From the IMG/VR virus record IMGVR_UViG_3300009151_000031: 64,000 bases of DNA. The stretch is one strand, 5' to 3'. The position numbers and the translations under genes were made by a program. The notes under the pieces are model-generated. The model was not told the DNA's origin. It made no database searches and worked only from the letters and a program-made list of their open reading frames with translations. This DNA is from a virus. Shown piece after piece: positions 54,798 through 64,000 of the stretch (positions within the stretch are counted from its first letter, which is position 1; each line of letters starts with the position of its first letter).

Positions 54798-55829
54798 TTA
54801 ACGCTCAAACAACTTACGCTCAAAGTTTTCACGTAATTCATCTGCGGTACGATTAGCTTGATACCATTCGATGGTCTTTGCAATGCCATCTTTAAAACTA
54901 ACAGTAGGTTGCCAACCTAACCATAGTTTCTGATTAGTAGTATCTGCCGCACGAGCATGTACACCTTCTGGCTTACTACGATCAAAGAAGAAACCATCAG
55001 CTGGCTGATATCCCATAATGTCACATACTGTTTGGACTGCATCGGCGATCTTGGTAATTTCGCTAGTGCCAATGTTGATACTACGGCAGTCAGTAATGTT
55101 TTCACAGGCTAGTTTTAACCCTTCAACGATATCGCTTACATAGGTAAAGTTACGATCTTGTTGTCCACTGCCCCAAACCTCATACGGGTTTTGTTCTATC
55201 ATGGCCTTGGCAATAAACGCAATAATAGCATGACTCTCGTTTTCACGTGGGCCGTATACAGTGAACAGTCGGCAACTTACACCCTTGGTACCATATTGTT
55301 TGTGATACCCTTTAAGTGCCATTTCACCCATGAACTTGGCCCAGCCATATTCGCCATCGGCCAAGGCGGCACCTTTAGTAAATGGATCGGCCATTTCTTC
55401 GCTTAGGTAACGTTGTTGATCTGGCCCATCTTCTTGTAAGTTAGTTGGGTACGCACAAGCACTTGACGTATATACAACTCGGTCGACATTGTTTAAATGG
55501 CTATAGTAAAATACGTTACCATCGATTAAAAAGTTTTGACTGATCTCGCCTGGGTGTGTTTCAATGAAGCCTCGTCCACCATGGATGTTGGCCAAGTGGA
55601 ATACAATGTCTTTATCTCGGGTCACATCTCGAGCAACATTGGCATCCCGTAAATCGCCTAATACAAAATTAATTTGGCCGCGAACTGTTTCGATGTTTTC
55701 AATCTTACCACTACTTAAATCGTCAACTACAGTAACGTGTGCGCCATCGGCCAATAGGCTTTCAACCAAGAAGCTACCAATAAAACAACAGCCGCCTGTG
55801 ACTAAAACTTTTTTATTTTTAAAAAACAT
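54798..55829 (-). CDS. NAD-dependent epimerase/dehydratase (GDP-mannose 3,5-epimerase-like)
   Basis: VLVTGGCCFIGS, TSSACAYP, YGWAK (YxxxK), R.F.YV.D. Confidence 0.88.
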   Translation of the reverse strand: MFFKNKKVLVTGGCCFIGSFLVESLLADGAHVTVVDDLSSGKIENIETVRGQINFVLGDLRDANVARDVTRDKDIVFHLANIHGGRGFIETHPGEISQNFLIDGNVFYYSHLNNVDRVVYTSSACAYPTNLQEDGPDQQRYLSEEMADPFTKGAALADGEYGWAKFMGEMALKGYHKQYGTKGVSCRLFTVYGPRENESHAIIAFIAKAMIEQNPYEVWGSGQQDRNFTYVSDIVEGLKLACENITDCRSINIGTSEITKIADAVQTVCDIMGYQPADGFFFDRSKPEGVHARAADTTNQKLWLGWQPTVSFKDGIAKTIEWYQANRTADELRENFERKLFER

Positions 55830-55838
55830 ATTTTTCCT

Positions 55839-56633
55839 TTATTCGATGGTTACAGCATACAAGCAACTACGACCAGACTGAACAGGTATGTGCCATGCAC
55901 GTTCTGTTTCGCAAGTCATCAAGTAGTACTGCCCATCTTTTAATATAAATGCTGTTGGGTCAATGATGTTGTAACGGTTGTCCCAATCAAAATTAACGTT
56001 AACAATATCAACATTTTGTTTTGACATATCAATGCACCAACCAAATGGTCTATGTCTAATACTATCTCTATTAGATGCATAATTGTCGTGTCCAAATCCT
56101 ACAACTAAATTGTTGCCAATATCTAATCCGTTGCACCCACCACGTAATGTTGAGTAGCTATCCAGTGGTTGTATTTCCGTTGGCAAGTCTTGTGTAAACA
56201 CTGAGTATACTACATCACCCGCTAACTTTACTACCCTGAATGGAGAAATTTCATGCACAAAATAAATTTCGTCATTGTACACAAACGGTGCCCAATTTTT
56301 CCCTGGGCGTAGATTATCGCCCATATTGATTTGTATGCAATCCCATGTATCATCACTTTTGATATACAACTGCGGTATAAATTTGTTACCGGTAAACCTC
56401 ACTGAGTAGCATACCGGGATTCCAAGCAAATCAAACGCTCTAGGATCTTCGCCAGGACCTATTAGGGTACTGCCAATTTTGACCTGCGTATTGAACCAGT
56501 CTTGACGATTTACATGTCGAGAAAAAGTATGCTCAATGTCATCAACATAACATTGGCTATGGAACACATCAAAAGTTGTTGGAGTAAATTCAAATTGATT
56601 AATTATGGTACAATCAGTAATTGATATTTTCAT
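55839..56633 (-). CDS. Beta-propeller glycosidase/phosphorylase-like protein (GH130-like)
   Basis: EDPR, KNWAPF, LRGG motifs. Confidence 0.45.
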   Translation of the reverse strand: MKISITDCTIINQFEFTPTTFDVFHSQCYVDDIEHTFSRHVNRQDWFNTQVKIGSTLIGPGEDPRAFDLLGIPVCYSVRFTGNKFIPQLYIKSDDTWDCIQINMGDNLRPGKNWAPFVYNDEIYFVHEISPFRVVKLAGDVVYSVFTQDLPTEIQPLDSYSTLRGGCNGLDIGNNLVVGFGHDNYASNRDSIRHRPFGWCIDMSKQNVDIVNVNFDWDNRYNIIDPTAFILKDGQYYLMTCETERAWHIPVQSGRSCLYAVTIE

Positions 56634-56707
56634 TAAGTGTATTTATAATAGCATAAACTATGGCTCGCAAATAATTGAGCCAAACTTGGCTAAAAATAAA
56701 TACGTAT

Positions 56708-57577
56708 ATGAAAATCTATGACTGTTTTACGTTTTACAACGAACTCGACTTACTTGAATTTAGACTAGAAGAACTTTATGATCATGTTGATCATTTTGTC
56801 CTTGTGGAAGCAAACACAACATATACCAGCATACCTAAACCATTCTTGTTTGAAGAAAACAAAGAACGTTATGCCCGCTGGATGGATAAAATTATTCATG
56901 TTCGAGTGGAAGACATGCCCATGAATCCAGATGCCTGGGTAAACGACCGATTCCAGCGTGATCAAATTTATCGCGGCATCGCGGATGCTGATCATAATGA
57001 TTTAATTATAGTCAGTGACCTAGATGAAATTATACGCCCAGAAGCAATTGAGTATATGAAACAAAGCGATCAAAGTATATTTGCATTGCGTATGCCCTTG
57101 TTTAACTTCAAATTTAATTACATGAGGTTTAATCCTAATCAATATGATATTTGGGGCATGGCCGGAAGACGTATCTTTTTTGAAGATATCAAACCCGATG
57201 CATTTAGATTCTTGCGTTTTAATTTTATGGACAAGCCATACCAGTATCAAAATGACGGTTGCGAAGTCATTGAACACGGCGGTTGGCAGTTTAGTAACCT
57301 AGGCGACAACGAGTTTATGAAAAACAAACTTCGTAGTTTTGCTCATGCTGAAGTAAACTATCCAGAATATCTAGCACAAGTTGATATTGATGCTAGTATT
57401 GCCGAAGGCTTGGGTGTTGGCCGTAAGTTTGAGCAACAGGAATGGAAGCTAGTTGAAATAGACAGCTACTTTCCAAAAACATTGTTAAACAATCTAGACA
57501 AATATAAAAATTACATTTTGGACAATCCGGCAACTACAGCTCTTGCTATATTGCCCAAGTTCCCGTATAATAGTTAA
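56708..57577 (+). CDS. Glycosyltransferase family 17 (MGAT3-like GlcNAc transferase)
   Basis: IYDCFTFYNELDLLE.R..EL...VDHFVLVEAN.T, SDLDEI, GGW.FS. Confidence 0.88.
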   Translation: MKIYDCFTFYNELDLLEFRLEELYDHVDHFVLVEANTTYTSIPKPFLFEENKERYARWMDKIIHVRVEDMPMNPDAWVNDRFQRDQIYRGIADADHNDLIIVSDLDEIIRPEAIEYMKQSDQSIFALRMPLFNFKFNYMRFNPNQYDIWGMAGRRIFFEDIKPDAFRFLRFNFMDKPYQYQNDGCEVIEHGGWQFSNLGDNEFMKNKLRSFAHAEVNYPEYLAQVDIDASIAEGLGVGRKFEQQEWKLVEIDSYFPKTLLNNLDKYKNYILDNPATTALAILPKFPYNS

Positions 57578-57594
57578 ATTCAAACAGGTATATA

Positions 57595-58635
57595 ATGGCA
57601 AAGACAGTTCTAATAACAGGTGGTGCTGGATTCATCGCGCATCACGTAATTGACAAAATTTTAAAAGACACAGACTGGAAGATTGTTTGTTTAGATCGAC
57701 TAGATATTTCTGGCAACCTAAACAGACTAGCAGACATGCTACACACGCACAATAAAGTGGATGTAACTCGGCGTTTGCGTATTGTATTCCATGATCTTAA
57801 AGCAGAACTAAATGAAATGATTGTCAAGGACATCGGTCCTGTTGATATTGTATTACATTTAGCGGCCGGCAGTCATGTGGATCGTTCAATTACATATCCA
57901 ATGGAATTTGTATTAGATAATACAGTTGGTACTGTTAACATGTTAGACTATGCTCGTAAACATTTGCCCGATCTAGAACGTTTTGTTTATTTTAGTACAG
58001 ATGAAATATTTGGTGTTGCTCCTCCTGGCGTCAGCTATAAAGAATACGATCGTTACAACAGCACAAACCCGTATTCAGCTAGCAAAGCAGCCGCAGAAGA
58101 GTTTTGCGTGGCATATGAAAACACATACAAAATGCCTATTGTGGTCACCCATACCATGAATGTATTTGGCGAACGTCAACATCCAGAAAAGTTTATTCCC
58201 ATGTGTATCCAACGTGCCAGAGATGGTGAACGAGTATATATTCACGCCAATGCAGACTGTACAGAAGCAGGCACACGTATGTATATCCATGCTCGAGATG
58301 TAGCAGAAGGCCTGATGTTCATTCTTAATACATTACCTCGAGATTACAAACACACAGGCGACTACGGATGGGCTCATTGTCCCAAGTTTAACCTGGTAGG
58401 CACAGAAGAAATTGATAACTTAACCTTGGCTCGCATGATTGCTGATGCACAAGGCCGAGAACTTAATTATGAAATGGTTGACTTCCACGGAAGCCGTCCC
58501 GGGCACGACTTACGCTATGCATTAGATGGCGGATTGTTAAAGCAACTTGGATGGGAACCCAAGATTAAATTAAGCGAACGCATTAAAGAAATGACACTTT
58601 GGACTTTGGAGAACACACGTTGGCTCAGCAAATAA
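57595..58635 (+). CDS. dTDP-glucose 4,6-dehydratase-like SDR
   Basis: TGGAGFI, HLAAGSHVDRSI, STDEIFG, PYSASK, RPGHD.RYA.D. Confidence 0.9.
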   Translation: MAKTVLITGGAGFIAHHVIDKILKDTDWKIVCLDRLDISGNLNRLADMLHTHNKVDVTRRLRIVFHDLKAELNEMIVKDIGPVDIVLHLAAGSHVDRSITYPMEFVLDNTVGTVNMLDYARKHLPDLERFVYFSTDEIFGVAPPGVSYKEYDRYNSTNPYSASKAAAEEFCVAYENTYKMPIVVTHTMNVFGERQHPEKFIPMCIQRARDGERVYIHANADCTEAGTRMYIHARDVAEGLMFILNTLPRDYKHTGDYGWAHCPKFNLVGTEEIDNLTLARMIADAQGRELNYEMVDFHGSRPGHDLRYALDGGLLKQLGWEPKIKLSERIKEMTLWTLENTRWLSK

Positions 58636-59354
58636 CTAATACAAAACACGCATTCATTGTTACATCTGCTATTAATAGCAAGTTTGGTGTATTCAACCCA
58701 ATGCAACGTTTACAGCAAACCCTAGACACAATTAACAGTATTAAAAATAAAATACCCGCCGCTAAAATTATTATCTTAGAATGTTGTGGAGATCCTGTTA
58801 CACCCGAACAAGAAAACATACTTAGAAAAAGTTGTGATGTATATGTTGACTTTGGTACCGATCCAGACGTCAAGGACATGTACGATAACAACAACTGGGA
58901 CGTTGTAAAGAACGGAACAGAAATCATGGTATTTGGTCGCGCTTTGGCAATTTTAAATAAAGAAAATCAGTTTGCAGGAATTGATCGTATTCACAAAATG
59001 TCGGGACGATATGTATTAAACGACATGTTTGATCCGATGACATATGATCAATCTGAACTTGAAGATAAAATTATCATTGGACCAAAATGTCGAAGTCAGT
59101 TCCCGATTGAAGTAACTACCGTACCACTACAATACATGGCACGACTTTGGAGTTGGCCAACTAGTCGTATTGATGAAGTTATACAAGTATACAATGACAG
59201 TCTAATGTTCTTTGCAGAACGATTGGCAGTGGGTGGATACGTAGATATCGAACACGTACTGGCCAAGTTTCTAAATCCTGAAGTGGTACACGAAATTCAA
59301 AACATGGGCGTTGAAGGATGTATTGCACCCACTGGACAAGCTATTAAAAACTAA
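58599..59354 (+). CDS. Hypothetical protein (glycosyltransferase-like?)
   Basis: FIVTSAI, HKMSGRY. Start uncertain (TTG 58599 or 58620). Confidence 0.5.
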   Translation: MDFGEHTLAQQITNTKHAFIVTSAINSKFGVFNPMQRLQQTLDTINSIKNKIPAAKIIILECCGDPVTPEQENILRKSCDVYVDFGTDPDVKDMYDNNNWDVVKNGTEIMVFGRALAILNKENQFAGIDRIHKMSGRYVLNDMFDPMTYDQSELEDKIIIGPKCRSQFPIEVTTVPLQYMARLWSWPTSRIDEVIQVYNDSLMFFAERLAVGGYVDIEHVLAKFLNPEVVHEIQNMGVEGCIAPTGQAIKN

Positions 59355-60565
59355 TGGAAAACTGTACTCTTATCAATCAATGTCTGGCATGCGGTAGCAC
59401 AGACTTAGTACCTACACTAGATCTTGGCAATCAACCATTGGCCAATAATTTCAGGTCTGGTGAATCCATGGACTCTGAAGAAAAGTATCCGTTGGCAATT
59501 AACCGTTGTCAAGATTGTGATCATTTACAATTAACACACGCAGTGGATCCTAAATTGATTTACACACATTATCTTTACGTTAGCGGTACTAGCGATACCT
59601 ATGTACAATACATGGATTGGTATGCTAAATTTGTACGCGAACAGTTTCGACATTGGACTACTAGGGTGTTAGACATTGGATGCAATGACGGCAGTCAACT
59701 TAACGCATTTAAAAAAATAGGATATACCACGTACGGAGTAGATCCTGCTGAAAATTTATATGCCACGTCGAGTGCAAATCACAATGTTATCTGCGGATTC
59801 TGGAATGAAGAAGTTGCTGCCAAATTGGACTGTAATTTTGATATTATTAGTACACAAAATGCATTTGCACACAATCCCGATCCCTTGGCATATTTACAAT
59901 TAGCTAAAAAATATTTAAAAGCTGATGGCAAAATCTTTATTAGTACCAGTCAAGCAGACATGGTTGTTAATGGCGAATTTGATACCATCTACCACGAACA
60001 TATTAGTTACTACAATGCCGAATCAATGCAGGCGCTAGCAGAACGTGCTGGCCTGCATTTAATTGATATGGTTAAGGCTCCCATACACGGAACTAGCTAT
60101 ATTTTTATACTTGCCAACGAGCCACTTAAAAAATACAGGATGGAAAATATTTTAGCAACAGAATTTAAACTACATTCAGGATCAACGTATAGAAATTGGG
60201 CCGCTGGTGTAGAAGAATTGCTAATAGGTCTTAAAGATCAAATCGACGAGTATCAGCATTGGGGATATCGGTGTATTGGCTACGGAGCCGCCGCCAAAGG
60301 AATGACCTTGCTCAATGCTAGCAAGATTACGTTAGATTGTGTCATTGATGACAATCCATTGAAGCAAGGACTGTATTGCCCGGGCACAACTATTCCAGTT
60401 GTAAGTAGTAACTACATTAATCAATTGCCCGAAACAGATCGAGTCATATTCATTCCATTGGCCTGGAACTTTTACGATGAGATCAAACGTAAAATACAAA
60501 AAATTAGAACTAACGAACACGATATGTTTTTACGTTATTTCCCGACTATTAAAACCGAAACATGA
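59354..60565 (+). CDS. NDP-sugar C-methyltransferase (Zn finger + SAM domain)
   Basis: CLACGS...LDLG.QPLAN..C..C...QL, LDIGCNDG, YHEHISYY, GYGAAAKG..LLN. Confidence 0.9.
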   Translation: MENCTLINQCLACGSTDLVPTLDLGNQPLANNFRSGESMDSEEKYPLAINRCQDCDHLQLTHAVDPKLIYTHYLYVSGTSDTYVQYMDWYAKFVREQFRHWTTRVLDIGCNDGSQLNAFKKIGYTTYGVDPAENLYATSSANHNVICGFWNEEVAAKLDCNFDIISTQNAFAHNPDPLAYLQLAKKYLKADGKIFISTSQADMVVNGEFDTIYHEHISYYNAESMQALAERAGLHLIDMVKAPIHGTSYIFILANEPLKKYRMENILATEFKLHSGSTYRNWAAGVEELLIGLKDQIDEYQHWGYRCIGYGAAAKGMTLLNASKITLDCVIDDNPLKQGLYCPGTTIPVVSSNYINQLPETDRVIFIPLAWNFYDEIKRKIQKIRTNEHDMFLRYFPTIKTET

Positions 60566-61452
60566 AATTAGAAAATCCAATTAACATACTTGTGCAACGT
60601 CGTGCGGCAATTGGCGACGTTATTATGACCACAGGTGTTGTGCGCGAACTAAAGAAACGTTACGGCGATGATGCCAACATTGATGTCGCCACGGACTTTG
60701 CTGGCATATACCGCAATAACCCACACATACGCAATATCTTTCCAGTGGACCTGGTGCCTGCAGTCAATAACAAATATGAAATTTACATTAATCTAGATAA
60801 CGCATATGAATTAAATCCCACAGAGCATTATGTAAAAAACTATTTTTATCGTGCGTTTGGTTCAACTACTATGAACATGTCTACAGAGCTGTTTCCCAGT
60901 AACGAAGATAAGATTCTTGTTGATGCAGATCTTAAAGAAATTGGCACAAAGTTTATAGCAGTACATTTACGTAACTGGCATTGGACAGCTAAAAATATTA
61001 CCATGGATATATGGTTAGAAGTATTTGGCAAGCTGTTTGAAAAACGTGCAGATTTTAAAGTGGTATGTTTGGGTGGATCCACTGATCACTTTGTTGACCA
61101 TCCGCTGTTCCTGGACCGGCGCACAGTATATAATGATCAGCAGATTAAGTACCTGTGTGATCATGCCAAGTGTTTTGTGGGAATCGATTCTGGGCCCTAC
61201 TGGGCGGCTTCGGCAAGTAGCACTCATATAGTTGCTTTGCTGACACATTTACGTCCAGAGGTTATTTTGCCGTGGCGCAAACATGATTATGCTAACAACG
61301 CCACAGCAATACAAACATTAGAAGATTGCCGTGGATGCAATGATGATCAAGCACGTCCAGTTAGCCAATTGGTATGTAAAAAGGGTAACACTCCTTGTAA
61401 CAATAATTTTGATACAGATGCAATAGCAAACGCAATATTGGAACAATTATGA
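60562..61452 (+). CDS. Glycosyltransferase family 9 (heptosyltransferase-like)
   Basis: AAIGDVIM, AKCFVGIDSGP..AAS. Confidence 0.8.
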   Translation: MKLENPINILVQRRAAIGDVIMTTGVVRELKKRYGDDANIDVATDFAGIYRNNPHIRNIFPVDLVPAVNNKYEIYINLDNAYELNPTEHYVKNYFYRAFGSTTMNMSTELFPSNEDKILVDADLKEIGTKFIAVHLRNWHWTAKNITMDIWLEVFGKLFEKRADFKVVCLGGSTDHFVDHPLFLDRRTVYNDQQIKYLCDHAKCFVGIDSGPYWAASASSTHIVALLTHLRPEVILPWRKHDYANNATAIQTLEDCRGCNDDQARPVSQLVCKKGNTPCNNNFDTDAIANAILEQL

Positions 61453-61829
61453 TAGTACTGGCACCAATCAGTGTAGGTGAATTAATTGACAAGATTACTA
61501 TCTTGGAGATCAAAGTAGAAAACATTACAGACTTTGATAAAAATGACAACATCACCCGTGAACTAAGAACCTTAATTGGAATCTTAGAAGGGTTAGAAGG
61601 TTTACCGAACTTGCAGTCTTTATCACAACAACTAAGCATGATAAATCTTGAACTATGGCGTATTGAAGATGCAAAAAGAGAATGTGAACGTAATCAATCA
61701 TTTGACGAGCACTTTATTCATTTAGCCAGACAAGTTTACATTAAAAATGATGTACGTGCTCAGATTAAAAGAGAAATTAATATGCTCTGCGGTAGCTACA
61801 TTGTAGAAGAAAAAAGTTACAAAAAATAA
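61449..61829 (+). CDS. DUF6165-like protein
   Basis: PISVGELIDKITILEIK...LW.IED..R..F..LAR.VY..ND.R..IK..IN...GS..VEEKSY. Confidence 0.75.
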   Translation: MIVLAPISVGELIDKITILEIKVENITDFDKNDNITRELRTLIGILEGLEGLPNLQSLSQQLSMINLELWRIEDAKRECERNQSFDEHFIHLARQVYIKNDVRAQIKREINMLCGSYIVEEKSYKK

Positions 61830-61840
61830 TTAGGAAATTT

Positions 61841-62647
61841 ATGCAAACAGCATTTACTGTACCTAGCATACGCTCTGGATACAAAGTTGATATATCCGGG
61901 ACAAGTTGCTATTGGTTTGAACCCGAGCACCCCGGCGAAGGCCATCGTACGTTACTAGATGTGTTTGACATGTACCTCAATGATTTTCAGTGGGACAAGT
62001 TTATCATTCCTGGCTCTACTGTTATTGACATTGGCGGACACTCAGGGGATACGGCTGTGCCTATGCAGTTACTCGCCAACGGCACAGTATTAGTAGTCGA
62101 GCCAAATCCTACTATTAAACCTTATTTAGATATGACCTGCATTGCCAATGGTCACTTAGGTAAATTTGTTACTGCCAGTGAAGCAGTTACTACCGAAGAT
62201 ACCGACAGCGTTACTATATTAGATCACTGTAACGCACTATGCAATGGCGGCATGATTGATCCAACATGGACTGAAGGACTACAGCAACGTATGACAGAAA
62301 TGTCAGGCAACAGCGTTACAGTACCTGGATTGACCCTAGAACATCTTTGCGAAAAATATCTAACATCAACAGAAATTGATAATATTAGTTTTATTAAAAC
62401 TGACACAGAAGGACATGATGTTAGTATCCTAGAATCAAGTAAAGCGTTTATTGATCGCAGACGGCCTGTAATTTTTATTGAATGGTTCTTTGCATTTACT
62501 GATGTTGAAAGCAAGCACATGTTTGATGTAATAGAATCAATGGACTACTTACCATTTTATCCGTTAACACTAGAGCCAGCTACGATTGATATTCGCAGTG
62601 ACGATTTAGTGTTAATACATAAGTCTAAGGTCGGCAACTATCTATGA
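61841..62647 (+). CDS. FkbM-family methyltransferase
   Basis: IDIGGHSGD, VEPN, FIKTDTEGHD, RPVIFIE. Confidence 0.85.
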   Translation: MQTAFTVPSIRSGYKVDISGTSCYWFEPEHPGEGHRTLLDVFDMYLNDFQWDKFIIPGSTVIDIGGHSGDTAVPMQLLANGTVLVVEPNPTIKPYLDMTCIANGHLGKFVTASEAVTTEDTDSVTILDHCNALCNGGMIDPTWTEGLQQRMTEMSGNSVTVPGLTLEHLCEKYLTSTEIDNISFIKTDTEGHDVSILESSKAFIDRRRPVIFIEWFFAFTDVESKHMFDVIESMDYLPFYPLTLEPATIDIRSDDLVLIHKSKVGNYL

Positions 62648-63414
62648 AAACATTTGTACACTCTGGCACACTAGGTGATTTAATTTACAGCCTTCCTATT
62701 GTAAAGAAAATGGGCGGTGGCAAGTTCTTGGTTGCTATTGACAACATACAAGAGTGCGTAACTAAGTATTCGTGTGGTAATCCTGCGTGGGCACAAGTAG
62801 ATCCCGAACACGTAGGTCGCTTTACTGTTAAGGATTACGAAAAACTTAAACCGTTATTAGAACGACAAAGTTACATTCAAGATACAGGTATGTGGCACAA
62901 AGGTGATGCACCAGCTGATGTTGATCTAGACCATTTCCGTAGTGTACAGTTTAGATCGTTTGAAGGAAATTATGTACAAGGATATCATTTGGCATTTGAT
63001 CTACCATTTACCATGGCTGACTATGATGCTACTTGGTTAGAAGCAGATCCAAATCCAGTTGCACCCATTGTGGTATGTCGGTCAGGGCGTTATCAAGATC
63101 CAGCAGGCGACGCACAATGGCAAAAAATAATTAACGATGTCCAATTGGAAAAACACGGAACATTTGTTGGTGTAGAATCCGAACGCCAAGCATTTATACA
63201 AGCAACCGGATGCAATATTCCACTTTGCCCAATTAATGGGTTCTTAGAATTAGCCAACGTAATAGCCGGCGCCGAACTGGTGCTATGTAACCAAAGTTTT
63301 ACATATAGTATAGCAATGGGGCTGGGTAAACAAACAGTTTTGGAAACAATGAAACTCAAACCATTACAACATAACGAGTGTTTCTTTCCAAGAACCAATA
63401 TTCAGTACTTTTAA
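62644..63414 (+). CDS. GT9-like protein
   Basis: HSG.LGDLIYSLP N-terminus, LELANVIAGAELVLCNQS. Confidence 0.5.
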   Translation: MKTFVHSGTLGDLIYSLPIVKKMGGGKFLVAIDNIQECVTKYSCGNPAWAQVDPEHVGRFTVKDYEKLKPLLERQSYIQDTGMWHKGDAPADVDLDHFRSVQFRSFEGNYVQGYHLAFDLPFTMADYDATWLEADPNPVAPIVVCRSGRYQDPAGDAQWQKIINDVQLEKHGTFVGVESERQAFIQATGCNIPLCPINGFLELANVIAGAELVLCNQSFTYSIAMGLGKQTVLETMKLKPLQHNECFFPRTNIQYF

Positions 63415-63441
63415 AAAAATAAATAAATTTGCCAATAGAGT

Positions 63442-63470
63442 TTGACTTATTGGCATTCATGTAGTATAAT
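63442..63470 (+). promoter_or_regulatory. Sigma70-type promoter for groES-groEL
   Basis: TTGACT-17-TATAAT. Confidence 0.75.
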
Positions 63471-63502
63471 CAATTATTAAATCATTTAACAAGGAGATCA
63501 TA

Positions 63503-63796
63503 ATGAATCTAAAACCGCTATCTGATAGGGTCGTAGTCCGCCGTGTTGACAGTGAATCTGTGACTGCTGGTGGCATTTTTATCCCAGACGCCGCCACGGA
63601 AAAAGCCGATCAAGGCACCGTTCTCGCTGTTGGTCCAGGAAAACGCAATGACGAAGGTGAAGTAATTGCCTTGGACATTGCTGTAAACGACCGGGTATTA
63701 TTTGGGAAGTTTTCTGGACAGACTGTCAAAGTCAACGGAGAAGAAGTTTTAATTTTAAAAGAGGATGACATCCTCGCTGTTATTCAAGGAGAATAA
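63503..63796 (+). CDS. groES: Co-chaperonin GroES
   Basis: [28 protein letters not shown]...GKFSG...ILKEDDILA. Confidence 0.97.
   Translation: MNLKPLSDRVVVRRVDSESVTAGGIFIPDAATEKADQGTVLAVGPGKRNDEGEVIALDIAVNDRVLFGKFSGQTVKVNGEEVLILKEDDILAVIQGE

Positions 63797-64000
<204 letters not shown>

Noticed and set aside
76-63398. Many short antisense or alternate-frame ORFs in the ORF track (e.g. 76-351, 1596-1802, 9961-10425, 21855-22337, 43908-44165, 50763-51029)
   Set aside because: They overlap well-supported genes or tRNAs, lack RBS and motifs, and read as shadow frames.

Overview
A 64-kb segment of an AT-rich, T4-superfamily (myovirus-like) large or jumbo bacteriophage genome, read in the standard genetic code. 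1-27.5 kb is mainly virion morphogenesis: fibre proteins (two with an Mtd-type N-terminus), neck gp13/gp14/gp15, an enlarged tail sheath, tail tube, gp4, terminase and probable internal head proteins. 27.5-38.9 kb holds gp32, UvsX and UvsY interleaved with modification enzymes (GT10-like, SGNH, radical SAM, 2OG-Fe(II), methyltransferase, cytidylyltransferase). 38.9-53.1 kb is a tRNA island with 27 tRNAs covering all 20 amino acids plus initiator Met and a probable Ile2. 54-63.4 kb is a nucleotide-sugar/glycosylation cluster, followed by groES and the start of groEL. Host-type sigma70 promoters and T4-late-like TAAATA promoters are both visible. The tRNA island carries the least explained material: (i) three copies of a two-gene module pairing a signal-peptide-less DctP/TRAP-fold protein with a peroxiredoxin-5-like protein lacking the catalytic motif; (ii) a leader-peptide attenuator-like switch followed by about 420 nt of structured non-coding sequence; (iii) a roughly 250-nt closed-end ncRNA candidate behind a perfect sigma70 promoter; (iv) a tRNA-Leu nested inside the two ends of another tRNA; (v) a family of inverted-repeat-bounded elements; (vi) a phage RNA polymerase omega subunit and a FeoA-like gene. 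All product calls come from motif recognition by eye, with no database search.
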